This document shows, in pieces, positions 51,427 through 64,000 of a stretch of 64,000 nucleotides of DNA. This DNA comes from Octopus vulgaris. Taxonomy: Eukaryota. The notes under the pieces were generated by a model that ran no database searches, was not told where the DNA came from, and saw nothing but the letters and a program-made list of their open reading frames with translations. Location: positions 161,572,001 to 161,636,000 of the forward strand of contig OX597817.1 of assembly GCA_951406725.2 (NCBI GenBank). Direction: 5' to 3'. Position numbers and translations under genes: made by a program. Numbering within the stretch: the first letter of the stretch is position 1; each line of letters starts with the position of its first letter.

Positions 51427-53084
51427 ACACACACACATGTACACACACACACACACACACACGTGCACATCTTCAGCATCCGCAAAATTTCTGTCCACCA
51501 AATTTCAGTCACAAGATATTGATTAGCTGCAGGCTATAGTTGAAATCATTGACACAAGGTGCCATGCCAAGGGATAGAAACAGGGTCCATGTGACTGCAA
51601 AGCGAACATCTGAACGACTCTGCTTTGCGCTTGCTTCTCTATTGTCAAAAATTCAAACCTTAGAATCCTATCACAAACCATATTGCTCCCTTGGCAAAGG
51701 GGTCTTTTATCTTTACTTGTTTTAGTCATTGTACTGTGGCCATGCTGGGGCACTGCCTTGTGTTTTCAGTCAAATGAATCAAACCCAGTATTTATTTTTA
51801 AAGCTTGGTACTTATTCTATCAGGCTCTGTGGCTGAACTGCTAAGTTATGTTGACATAAACACAGCAAAATCAGTTGTCAATTTGAGGGTAGAATACAGA
51901 CACAACCCCACCACATATATATATAAATACATATATACATGTGTGTGTATGTATGTCTATATATATATGTATGTATATACACTCGCGGAGTGGTTGGCGT
52001 TAGGAAGGGCATCCAGCCGTAGAAACACTGCCAGATCTGACTGGGCCTGACGAAGCCTTCCAGCTTCACAGACCCCAGTTGACCCGTCCAACCCATGCTA
52101 GCATGGAAAGCGGACGCTAAATGATGATGATATATATAGGCACAGGTGTGGCTGTGTGGTAAGTATCTTGCTTCTCAAGCTTATGGTTCCGGGTTCAGTC
52201 CCGCTGTGTGGCACCTTGTGTAAGTGTCTTCTACTATAGCCTCAGGCTGACCAAAGCCTTGTGAGGTATTTGGTAGGCGGAGACTGAAAAGAAGCCCATC
52301 ATATATATACATGTGTTTGTGTGCATGTGTGTCTCTGTTTGTCTCCCTCACCATCACTTGACAACCGATGTTGGTGTGTTTATGTCTCTGCAAGTTAGCA
52401 GTTCGGCAAAAAGAGACCAATAGAATAAATACTAGGCTTAGAAAGAATAAGTCCTGGGGTTGATTTGTTTGACAAAAGGCAGTGCTCCAGCATGGCCGCA
52501 GTCAAATGACTGAAACAAATAAAAGAATAAAAGAATAAGAGAATATTAGCAAATCCACCCACAGGGCTTTGGTCGGCCCAAGGTTATAGTAGAAGACATT
52601 TGTCTAAAGTGCCTTACAGTGGGACTGATCCTGGAATCATGTGGTTTGGAAGCAAGCTTTCTTTTCCACTTCACAGTTGAGTAGTTAGCAATAGGAAGGG
52701 TATCTAGCAGCAAAAGCATTCATTCCAAGAAATAGACCATCTCACCCATGACAGCATGGGGATGGGAAATGGCTAGAAAAGAGAAGGGGAGAAAAAGAAA
52801 GAGCAAGAGAGAAAGAGAGAGTGGAAAGAAGGGAGGAGAGTATTAGGGTGAGAGGAAATAAGTAATTGAGGTCGTGAGAGAATGAGAGGGAAAGAGAGAG
52901 TGATCAAGACCAAGAACAAGAGACAGAAAGAGAGAGAGAGAGAGAGAGCTGGTTAAAGAGGGGGAAAAGGAGGAGGAGGGGGCGTACACTGGAGGTAATG
53001 AGCCTAAGAAAAAGGTAGAAGTGGAAAGTGAGAATTTAAGAGAAAGACTGACAATTAAACATACATGCTGTACAGTCAGATACA

Positions 53085-53087
53085 CAG

Positions 53088-53133
<46 letters not shown>

Positions 53134-53279
53134 ACACTCACACATATATATATATATATATGTATGTATGTATGTAAATATATATGCATATATACATATG
53201 TATGTATGTATGTATGTATATATATATATGTATGTGTGTGTGCATATATGTATATGTACATTTATATATGCATATGTAC

Positions 53280-53333
<54 letters not shown>

Positions 53334-53501
53334 ATATATATATAGGTAGATAGATAGATAAATAGATAGATAGATAGATAGTTAGAGAGAGAGAGAGAGA
53401 GAGAATTAATAGCTAGATAGATTGCTATAAGTAAAATCTTTACTGGTACTTTTAGCTATCTCGGTCAAGACCACACTGGAGCACTACTGGCATAATATAT
53501 G

Positions 53502-53550
<49 letters not shown>

Positions 53551-53602
53551 GTATATGGTCCAACCCATGCCAGCACCAAAAACGGATGGTAAATGACGAC
53601 AA

Positions 53603-53647
<45 letters not shown>

Positions 53648-53790
53648 TATACATACATATGTATGTATATATATACACACTCATACGTATGTACGTATGT
53701 GTGTAGGGAGACAGAGAGAGATGGGGGGAGAGAATGAAGGAAGTATATACAGGGGACTTCACTGCTACTGTACATCTATCTATCTCTCTC

Positions 53791-53884
<94 letters not shown>

Positions 53885-54396
53885 CATCTGTTTATTTGCG
53901 TCTTTCTTTTTCCTTTCCTCCACCCTAGTAGTCAGCCATCTTGATATAAAACCAAAAAAAGAACATTGTGTGATCTGGCTGATGTATGTGGTGTGTGAAG
54001 AGGTGTGTGAGAGCGTGTGTGTGTGTGTGTGTGTGCGCGCATGTTGTGTATTTGTATGTGTGTGGTATATGTGCTTGCTCGCTCTTTGTGTGATGTATGT
54101 ATGTGTGTGTGTGGGCTGTAAATGGTGTAGTGTGATGGATGTGATGTGTATAAGTGTGTGTTTGTGTGTGTGTGTTTGTGAGTGTGTATGTATGTGTTTG
54201 TGTGTGTGTGTGTGTGCGTGTGTGAGTGAGGAAGAAGCGATTGGTGTGTATGTGTGTGAGTGTGGTGTATATGTGTGTGTATGGAATGAGGTAACTGGCT
54301 TGTATATTGTATGTGGTGTGTGTGTGTGTGTGTGTGTATGAGTGTGTGCACATACATGTGTCTGTGTATTTGTGTTTGTGTATGTGTATAAGCGTG

Positions 54397-54436
<40 letters not shown>

Positions 54437-54492
54437 AGTGTGTGCACATACATGTGTCTGTGTATTTGTGTTTGTGTATGTGTATAAGCGTG

Positions 54493-54534
<42 letters not shown>

Positions 54535-54590
54535 AGTGTGTGCACATACATGTGTCTGTGTATTTGTGTTTGTGTATGTGTATAAGCGTG

Positions 54591-54626
<36 letters not shown>

Positions 54627-54770
54627 TATTTGAAAGAGAGAGTGAGTGAGAGAAAGAGAGAGGATGAGAGAGAGAGAGAGAGAGGGGAAAAGAAGGAAAG
54701 GGAACGATATAGAGCGATCTGACTCTTGTGTATGTGGTGTATGCATATGTGATTTGACTGGTAAATAGTC

Positions 54771-54805
<35 letters not shown>

Positions 54806-55200
54806 ATGTGTGTGTGTGTATGTGTGTGTGTTTGTTGGTGGGTGTATGTAGGTGAGTGTGTGTTTAGGTGTGTGTGTGTGTGTGCGTATGTGTACACATT
54901 TGTGTATATGCGTGTGTGTGAAAATGTGTGTGCATTTACGTGTATATGTGTATGTGTGTACATGTGAGTGCGTTTGTGTGTATAGATGTGTGTATGTACG
55001 AGTGTGTGCGTGTATATGTGTATGTGTGTACATGTGAGTGCGTTTGTGTGTATAGATGTGTGTATGTACGAGTGTGTGCGTTTGTGCGTATACGTGTGTG
55101 CGTTTGTGTGTATGCGTGTGTGTGTCTGTTAATGGACGTATGTAGTGAGTGTGTAGGTGTTTGCGTCTCTGCGTGTAAATGTGTGCATGTGTGTGTATAT

Positions 55201-55268
<68 letters not shown>

Positions 55269-55462
55269 GTATGAAAGAGGGAGAAAGAGAAATAGAGAGA
55301 CTGCTCTAGTGGATGTATAGATTGGGTGTCTGAATGATGTGTGTGGGTTGTGCGTAACCTGACGAGTGAATGTGTTTGTGTGTGTGTGAGTGTACGTTTG
55401 TGTGTGTATGATGCAAGTAGCTGTTTTGTGTGTGAAACTGTACATGTGTGTATGTGCGCACA

Positions 55463-55499
<37 letters not shown>

Positions 55500-55540
55500 G
55501 CTCTGAGATGTTTTATGTATGATGTGTTTATCAAGTGTGT

Positions 55541-55582
<42 letters not shown>

Positions 55583-55584
55583 AT

Positions 55585-55623
<39 letters not shown>

Positions 55624-55687
55624 ATCAAGTGTGTGTGTGTGTGAGTGTGTGTGTGGCTCTGAGATGTTTTATGTATGATGTGTTTAT

Positions 55688-55740
<53 letters not shown>

Positions 55741-56024
55741 ATCAAGTGTGTGTGTGTGTGAGTGTGTGTGTGGCTCTGAGATGTTTTATGTATGATGTGT
55801 TTATCAAGTGTGTGTGTGTGTCTGTGTGTGTGTGTGTGTGTATTTGCATGTGTTTGCAGGTTTGTGTGTTTGTATGTATAATGTTTGTGTTTGTTGTGTT
55901 GTCTAGAGCTGTTTGTTATGTGTGTGTGTGTTTGTGGTGTCTGCTTTGTGTGCACGTCTGAGTATGTTTGTATGTGTATGTGTGAGTGTATATATGTGTG
56001 TGTGTTTGTGTTTACGTGTGTGTG

Positions 56025-56055
<31 letters not shown>

Positions 56056-57619
56056 CTAACATATGCGGTTCTCTGTTGATGTGCTGTGGTGTGTTGTGTG
56101 TGATCTGAATAGCAAATGCAGTGTATGTATGTGCATATGTTTGTATGTATGTGTGTGTGTCTTATGTATATATATGTGTGTGTGTATATATGTATGCATG
56201 TATATATGCACGTATGTATGTATGTATGTATGTATGTATGTATGTATGTATGTATGTATGCATGTGTGAGTGCATGTGCATGTGTGTGTGTGTCTTATGT
56301 GTGTGTGTATGTATGTGTGTGTATGTATGAGTGTATGTACGTATGTGTGTGTATGCATGTATGTATGTATGCATGTATGTATGTCTGTGTCTTATGTGTG
56401 TGTGTATGTATGACTGTATGTACGTATGTGTGTGTATGTATGTGTGTATGCATGTATGTATATGTGTGCATGTATGTGTGTGTGTATGTATGAGTGTGTG
56501 TATGTTTGCATGTATGTATGTATGTGTGTAGGCATGTATGTATATGTGTGCATGTATGTGTGTGTGTATGTATGAGTGTGTGTATGTTTGAATGTATGTA
56601 TGTATGTGTGTAGGCATGTATGTATATGTGTGCATGTATGTGTGTGTGTATGTATGAGTGTGTGTATGTTTGCATGTATGTATGTATGTGTGTAGGCATG
56701 TATGTATATGTGTGCATGTATGTGTGTGTGTATGTATGAGTGTGTGTATGTTTGTATGTATGTATGTATGTGTGTATGCATGTATGTGTGTGTGCATGTA
56801 TGTATGTGTGTGTGTGTATGTATGTACATATGTATGTGTGTATGTACATATGTATGTGTCTGTGTGTATGTATGTATGTACATGCGATTTTCTCGACATT
56901 GAAGTATTATAATCATGGTATGTGTTTGTATCAGCAACGCTGTTATAATTGCTGTTATTGTTGTTGCTGCTGTTTAGCCCCAGGTCAGCCCTAATCAAGC
57001 TGGCTTATGATCAAAGAGTATTGAAGCCAAGATGATCTTGTTCTTTTATTTAATTTTTCTTGTGCCAATAGTTTACCCTGGACTACATTATTTAATGTGT
57101 CCGTTTTTAATTTAGGATAAGGTGTGATTCGAGGGAGACTTAGCTGTTATATCTAGCATGTCAAATGACCACATCAAGTCTCCTTGTAGGCTTCTGTGTG
57201 CCAGTAATGTAGGCATGATATACATGTAATGTATGTGGTGTTGTATATACCTGTGTGTGTACGTGTGTGTGTGTGTGTGTGTGTGTGTGCGTATCTGTGT
57301 CTGTATATGTTCATGTATGTGGATGTGTATGTTAGGATGTGTGTGCATGTGTAACGTATGTGGTATGTGAGTGTATGTGTATATCTGTGTGTGTGTTTGT
57401 GTGTATGTGTGTGTGTGTGTATGTGTGTATATCTGTGTGTGTGTTTGTATGATGTGGATGTGTATGTTAGAATGTGTGTGCATGTGTAACGTATGTGTGG
57501 TATGTGAGTGTATGTGTATATCTGTGTGTGTGTTTGTGTGTATGTGTGTGAGCATATACGTGAAATCTGCTTTCATTATGTACTGTGTATGATATATATT
57601 ATAAGCAAGTAATGTCGAG

Positions 57620-57680
<61 letters not shown>

Positions 57681-57690
57681 TGTGTATGAG
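53085..57690. repeat. Compound microsatellite field ((TA)n, (CTAT)n, (GT)n, (GTAT)n) with higher-order local duplications
   Basis: Read directly from sequence; source of the long HT/CV-rich pseudo-ORFs. Confidence 0.9.
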
Positions 57691-57769
57691 TTCTGTCTTC
57701 CACTGACTGAAGTGGTGTTTAACAGATTTTTAAATAAGCATAACACACTTACTGCGATTACCCTCCCCT

Positions 57770-58221
57770 CATTATCATCCTCATTACCACCGCTGCCACC
57801 ACCACCACCTTCACAACCACTACCAACACCAACACCACCATCATCATCACCACCATGACCACCACAGCCACCCCCACCGTTACTACAACTACGCCATCAC
57901 CTCTAACACCATCACCATCATCATCACCATCATCACCACCACCTCTACTACCACATCTACCCCCACTACCACCATAACAATGGCTATCATTATACTACTA
58001 CTGCTACACCCCCAACACCACCATTACCACCACCACCACCACCACTACTGTTATCACTATCACTATTGCCACAAACATTACCATCATCACCACTAACCCC
58101 ACCACCACCATTTCTACCATTACTTTTATCACCCCCTACCACCATCCCTACCACCACCACCACTAATACCATTGCCACCTTCACCACCAGCACCACCAGC
58201 ACCAGCAGCAGCAGCACCACC

Positions 58222-58277
<56 letters not shown>

Positions 58278-58300
58278 CAATAACAACAACAGCATCAATA
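57770..58300. repeat. (CCA/CAT/CAA)n trinucleotide low-complexity tract
   Basis: Read directly from sequence; similar tract at 62380-62615. Confidence 0.9.
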
Positions 58301-58927
58301 ATACCGAGGAACCATCAAGGAAGTCTTTCCTAGGTTACATGATCTACTAGAAATGGCACTGAAAGGTCCCAAAATCACATTGTTTTTTTTTTTTACAACC
58401 TACAAGGGGCTAAACACAGAGGGGACAAACAAGTACAGACAAACGGATTAAGTCTATTACATCGACCCCAGTAAACTGGTACTTAATTTATCGACCCCAG
58501 AAGGATGAAAGGCAAAGTTGACCTCAGCGGAATTTGAACTCAGAATGCACATTTTGATGACTAAAGTACAGAAGGATTCATTGGACAATGCAGTGTTATC
58601 CTTAATGTATAAGAAAGGTAAGGTGTTGAGCTGGTAGAATTCTTAGCACACTGGGCAAAATGCTTAGCAGCATTATGTCTGTCTTTATGTTCTAACTTCA
58701 AATTTGGTCAAGGTGGACTTTGCCTTTCATCCTTTCAGAGTGGATAAAGTAAGTACCAGTTGAACACTGGGGTCGATGTAATCAACTTATCCCCTTTTCT
58801 GAACTTGCTAGCCTCGTGCCAAAATTTGAGACCAATTTATAAGAATGACAGTATATGTACTTTTGGAATGCTTTTACTCTTATGACCACATGTCAGGACT
58901 GAACTGAAGTTAAACAACAACAATAAC

Positions 58928-59890
58928 ATTAGGTTGTCAAGAAAGTTCTTGCGGTTTTTAACCTTTAAATTCAGATGCACATATCTCGGCTCAAACAAAA
59001 CTTTATTAATCGAAATAAATACCATCAAAATCAACACACTTTTGCCAACGCAAAACAAGTTTATTTATGCTAGTAGGGTAAAAATCCTACGTTCTGGTGG
59101 CAATGAAGTTGTTGAAGGTGTGTTTGGCATCATTTTGGTTTTTCAAGCATTTCTCATGCAGGAAGTTGTCGAGATGCTTGAAAAAGTGGGAGTCGGTAGA
59201 CGAGAGGTCTGGTGAGTATGGCGGATGAGGCAGAGTTTCATAGCCCAATTCGTTCAACTTCTGCAGGCTCAGTTGTGCGACATACAGCTGAGCATTGTCG
59301 CGGAGAAAAATTGGTCCTTTTCTATTGACCAATGCTGGCTGTTGTCGGAGTTTCTTATGCATTTCATCCATTTGCTGACAGTACTTCTCCGCTGTAATTG
59401 TGTCGCCTGGATCCAAAAAGTTGTGATGGATGAGACCAGCCGCAGACCACCAAACAGTCACCATGACCTTCTTTTGCTGCAACTTTGGCTTCAGGAAGTG
59501 CCATGGAGGTTGATGAGTGTCCTACTCCCTCTTCATGCATCATGCTTGTCTGGCCACTTCCAGACTTCTTGATCCACTCATACACACTTCTACATGGTAG
59601 TGCACTGTCCCTCTATTGTGCTAAAAGCCTTCGGTCAACTTCAACATCTGACACACCTTTCGACCAGAGAAATCAGATCACTGCTCTTTGTTCTTCTTTG
59701 GTGCCCATTGCTAGTGGAGTGGCCATGCTTACATTGTAAAGCCAGAAAGAAAAATGGTGTAATCAGGCTCAAACTTTGATCATGTGACCACAACAGTAAC
59801 AACTATAAGCACGCATGCGCAGAATGCAATGTGACAATAATAAAGATATGTTATGATGAGAGTGCAGATAATTTTTGACTTCTTCTCATA
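58928..59890 (-). mobile_element. Mariner relic with mismatched ends (likely a chimera of two families)
   Basis: KKVMVTVWWS...RDNA...YSPDLSSTDSHFF at 59087-59482; an N-terminal HTH piece (KEEQRAVI...VYEWIKK) at ~59500-59727; the two termini are not inverted repeats of each other. Confidence 0.8.
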
Positions 59891-60009
59891 TATATATATA
59901 TCAGACTGGAGCCTGGTGCAGCCTCCTAGCTTCCCAGACCCTAGTCAAACCGTCCAACCCATGCTAGCACGGAAAACAGACGTTAAACGATGATGATGAT
60001 GATGATGAT

Positions 60010-60640
60010 ATCATCATCATCATCATCGTTTAGCGTCCGTTTTCCATGCTGGCATGGGTTGGACGGGTCAACTGGGGTCTGTGAAGCTGGAAGGCTTCGT
60101 CAGGCCCAGTCAGATCTGGCAGTGTTTCTACGGCTGGATGCCCTTCCTAACACCAACCACTCCGCGAGTGTAGTGGGTGTTTTTTACGTGCCACCTGCAC
60201 AGGTGCCAGACAGAGCTGGCGAACGGCCACGAACGGATGGTGCTTTTACGTGTCACCGGCACGGGGCCAGGCGATGCTGGCAACGGACACGAACGGATGG
60301 TGCTTTTACGTGCCACCGACACGGGGCCAGACAGAGCTGGCAACCGGCCACGAACGGACGGTGCTTTTACGTGTCACCGGCACGGGGGCCAGCCGAGCTG
60401 GCAACGGACGTGAACGGATGATGCTTTTACGTGCCACCGACACGCTTGCCAGCCAGAGCTGGCAAACGGCCACGAGCGGACGGTGCTTTTACGTGTCACC
60501 GGCACGGGGGCCAGCCGAGGCTGGCAACGGACGCGAACAGATGGTGCTTTTACGTGCCACCGACACAGTTGCCAGACAGAGCTGGCAAACGGCCACGAGC
60601 GGACGGTGCTTTTACGTGTCACCGGCACGGGGGCCAGCCG
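60010..60640 (-). mobile_element. RTE 3' UTR module with ~7-8 tandem ~60-bp units
   Basis: Repeating CACGTAAAAGCACC..CCG..CGTGGCCGTT.GCCAGC units followed by GGAAGGGCATCCAGC and an (ATG)n tail. Confidence 0.85.
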
Positions 60641-60800
60641 AATATATATACACCCTAATTATATAGATTAAATATACCCTAATCATATAGGGTATATAAT
60701 TATTATATACCCTAATTACATATACTCTAATTAAATTATTATAAATGACTTGAGATACACCTCCTGTTTTGGTTTTTGATGTTTTTTCCCTCTAATATAT

Positions 60801-60835
<35 letters not shown>

Positions 60836-60923
60836 GATTATTATTTTGCTGAGGCATAGTGATACTAATAACTTGGAGTTAGAACTCAATATACATATGC
60901 TTCAGAGTAAAGTACAGGGCAGT

Positions 60924-61216
60924 TATAAGAAATTAAATAAATGACGAAGAAAAAACAAATTGTGCCATGGACTTCATTAGCTAACAGTTGTTTCTGCTGT
61001 AAGATACAGTGCACTCATAGTTGAGTGCTGGTGCATCACCCTATAGCTTTATTGAAGCTTCAAAAACAAAGTGCAATTTTTGAAGCTCTGATGAAGCTAT
61101 ACGATGAGACCCAAGCACTCAAATATGAAGTGCATTATGTCTTAAAGCAGAAACTGCTGTAAGTTAATGAAGTGATACAATTTCTTTTTTCTTTGTCATT
61201 TATTTAATTTCTTATA
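60924..61216. repeat. Imperfect long inverted repeat containing a hammerhead motif
   Basis: TATAAGAAATTAAATAAATGAC...GCTTCAAAA / TTTTGAAGC...GTCATTTATTTAATTTCTTATA. Confidence 0.85.
61084..61165 (+). ncRNA. Type I hammerhead ribozyme motif with long stem II
   Basis: AGCT CTGATGA (61088-94) AGCT...AGCA GAAAC TGCT GTA AGTT; inner hairpin GCACTC/GAAGTGC. Confidence 0.65.
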
Positions 61217-61828
61217 TCTGTCTGTCTGTCTGTCTGTCTGTATGTATGCGTGACCTACTGAGTCAAGTATATTAACATAAAATCAAAATCAAAAGGAAAT
61301 TGTAGTTGTGATACCTGTGCCTATGGCACGTAAAAAGCACCATCCGAACGTGGGTGATGTCACACCGCCTTGACTGGCGTCCGTGCTGGTGGTACGTACA
61401 AAGCACCAACTGATCGTGGCCGTTGCCAGACTCCTCTGGCCCCTGTGCCGGTGGTATATAAAAAGCAGCCACTACACTCATGGAGTGCTTGGTGTTAGGA
61501 AGGGCATCCAGCTGTAGAAACATTGCCAGATCAGACTGGAGCCTGGTGCAGCCTCCTGGCTTCCCAGACCCTGGTCGAACTGTCCAACCCATTCTAGGAT
61601 GGGAAACAGACGTTAAATGATGATGATCATGATGATGATTTATATATATATGCATACATACATACATATATATATAAATTTGTGCCTACATGCTGCAGGC
61701 ATAGATTACACACCCTTAAAAATGTTATATTTCTCATTTAAAGTTTCTCATAACCACTCACTTTCAAAGAACCAAATTATCTTACTTGTATACATTCTTC
61801 ATTTCTATATGTTTTCAATATTGTTTGA

Positions 61829-62049
61829 CCCTTTAACATTCAGATTACTTTGTCCTATATTATGTGTATTTATTTATATTGTTTTCAATTAATTATGCAT
61901 TATCTTGCGGCTCTGAGTATTACATAATGTGATTGTTTATACCTCGAATGACATTGTTAGGTAGGTGTGACAGGACAGATCTGGTCAGTCTGAGCATAAA
62001 ACAAATAGAGCATTTTAGATTGGATTTGTCAGGTTTAAATGCTAAAGAG
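61829..62049. mobile_element. Degenerate piggyBac-type MITE
   Basis: TTGA-CCCTTTAACATT ... AATGCTAAAGAG-TTAA. Confidence 0.6.
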
Positions 62050-63020
62050 TTAAAATATAAGAATATTATCACCAATTACTTCTAAGTTAATTAACAATTT
62101 ATTCGATCTCACTGATTTGGTTTTGTTTTGTTTTTAATTTTCCTCAAGCTTTCGTTTATAATTTTCTCATTTGCTGTTTAATTTTCACACCGGCTTATTG
62201 TTAGTTTCCGCATTCGTTTGGTGATAATTTTGTTTCCACGTTTGTTTGTTAATTTCAACATTTGCTTCTTGTTAATTAATTTCCACATGTGCTGCTAATT
62301 CCTGCATATTTGAATCATTAGTTTTTCCAAATTTGCTTGATATGAATTTCTACATTTGTTTGCTGATAATTTCCACACATCACCCAGCACCACAAGCACC
62401 ACCATCACCACCATCACCATCACCATCACCATCACCATCATCACCATCATCATCATCATCATCATTATCATCATCATCACCACCACCACCGCCGCCGCCG
62501 CCGCCACCACCACCTCCGCTGCCGCCGCCGCCACCACTGCTACCGCCGCCACCGCCGCCACCACCACCACCACCACCACCACTACTGCTGCCGCCGCCGC
62601 CACCACCATCATCATCGTTCAATGCCCAATCTCCATGCTAGCATGGGTTGAACGGTTGACATGGAGCTGGCTAGCAGAGGGCTGCCAGGATTCCAACTGT
62701 CGGTTGTGGCATGGTTTCTATAGGTGGATGCCCTTCCTAACATCAGCTATTCAACAGAGTGTGCTGGTTGCTTTTTATGTGGTACCAGCACAGATGTGTT
62801 AACACAGCACCAGCACAGGTTCTTTTTAAGTGGCACTCATTTGCCTTTAGCTATTAATTTTTTCAAAATTGCATGGTAAGTTTGCATCCAAACCACATGA
62901 TTCTGGGTTCACTCCTATGGTGTGGTGCCTTGATCAAGTGTCTTTTAGTCTTTTACTAAAGCTTCAGGTCAACTAAAGCCTTGTGAATGGATTTGGTAAA
63001 CGGAAACTGAAAGAAGCCTG

Positions 63021-63070
<50 letters not shown>

Positions 63071-63163
63071 AAGCTTTATGAAAATAGACAAAAGACGAAG
63101 GCAGGTGGAAAACAAACAAACAATTGTATTAGTATGGCGCTCAGGAAATATAAATAAAACAAG

Positions 63164-63201
63164 TCTTTAACGTTTCGAGCCTACGCTCTTCAACAGAAAG
63201 A
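63164..63201 (-). ncRNA. Minimal hammerhead-like motif with variant core
   Basis: TCTTT CTGTTGA AGAGC GTAG GCTC GAAAC GTT AAAGA; perfect 5-bp stem I; core CUGUUGA deviates from CUGANGA. Confidence 0.6.
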
Positions 63202-63469
63202 TACACAGAGAAAAAAAATACAGAAAGAAGGAGAGAAAAAAATGCGTGCAGTGACTAACGAATCAATATGGCGATCTGATTTCGGCCAGAAGTCAAAGAT
63301 CAAACATGAGACGCGAGAGCGAAATTAGGGGAGATAATAGGGCTGAATGACCTACTCCAACATAAGGGTGTGTGTGTGTGTGTGTGTATGAGAGAGTATT
63401 AGTGCGTATGAGAGGTCTGGACGTGTGTATGTATATATGATGTGATGTGTAAAGTCGTGTGGTGTAGTG

Positions 63470-63735
63470 TGGAGAGAGGAGAGGATGGGAGGGGGAAGAG
63501 GGGGAGGAGAGGAGGGGAGAGGGAGAAGGAAGGGGAGGAGGAAGGAGGAAAGAGGGAGAGGGAAGGGGAGTGAGGGAGAGGGGGAGAGAGAAGGGGAGTA
63601 AGGGAGCAGAGGGAAGGGGAAGAGGGAAGGAGGGAGGGAGAAAGAGGGGGAGGAGGAAGGAGGAAAGAGGGAGAGGGGGAGAGAGAAGGGGAGTGAGGGA
63701 GCAGAGGGAAGGGGAAGAGGGAAGGAGGGAGGGAG
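63470..63735. repeat. Polypurine (G/A) tract
   Basis: Almost pure GGA/GGGA runs. Confidence 0.85.
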
Positions 63736-64000
63736 ATATATATATATATATATATATATATAGGCGCAGGAGTGGCTGTGTGGTAAGTAGCTTGCTAACC
63801 AGCCACATTGTTCCGGGTTCAGTCCCACTGTGTGGCACTTTGGGCAAGTATCTTCTACTATAGCCTCGGGCTGACCAAAGCCTTGTGAGTGGATTTGGTA
63901 GACAGAAACTGAAAGAAGCCCGTCGTATATATGTATATATGTATATATATATGTGTGTGTGTGTTTGTGTTTGTCCCCCCAACATCGCTTGACAACCGAT

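Noticed and set aside
53499-56998. Long ORFs (up to 552 aa) rich in HT/CV/YI
   Set aside because: Translations of dinucleotide/tetranucleotide microsatellites that lack stop codons by construction
60186-60640. CRISPR-like regular ~60-bp array
   Set aside because: Units are homologous along their whole length with no unique spacers, no cas genes, and part of a retroelement 3' UTR in a eukaryote
60650-60730. Repeated TACCCTAAT resembling telomeric CCCTAA
   Set aside because: Not tandem hexamers, only a short local AT-rich duplication
62295-62802. Poly-Pro/Ala/Gly ORFs
   Set aside because: Trinucleotide repeat expansion at a retroelement tail, open in most frames

Overview
AT-rich, repeat-saturated animal genomic DNA. 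The SINE and microsatellite content looks like a coleoid cephalopod (octopus), which is an inference. Almost all ORFs in the supplied track are artefacts of microsatellites or SINEs. The one clear host gene is an MTA1/2/3 (NuRD subunit) orthologue on the minus strand. Its first three coding exons are 7044-7071, 4990-5057 and 2295-2388 ([63 protein letters not shown]...), and the gene runs off the left edge. Two candidate exons of an unidentified minus-strand gene lie at about 32-34 kb. The rest is nested mobile DNA: mariner/Tc1 relics, hAT and piggyBac MITEs with intact TSDs, a small Helitron, RTE LINE fragments (one with a PHD finger inside the RT domain) and several tRNA-derived SINE families. 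The most striking unexplained signals are three. (1) Six or seven minimal type-I hammerhead ribozyme motifs sit in short islands next to (TA)n, two of them in long outward-facing inverted repeats, consistent with Penelope-type pseudo-LTR relics. (2) A cluster of divergent tRNA-like Pol III-type units with T-run terminators lies in the MTA introns. (3) SINE concatemers share an identical junction at two loci.
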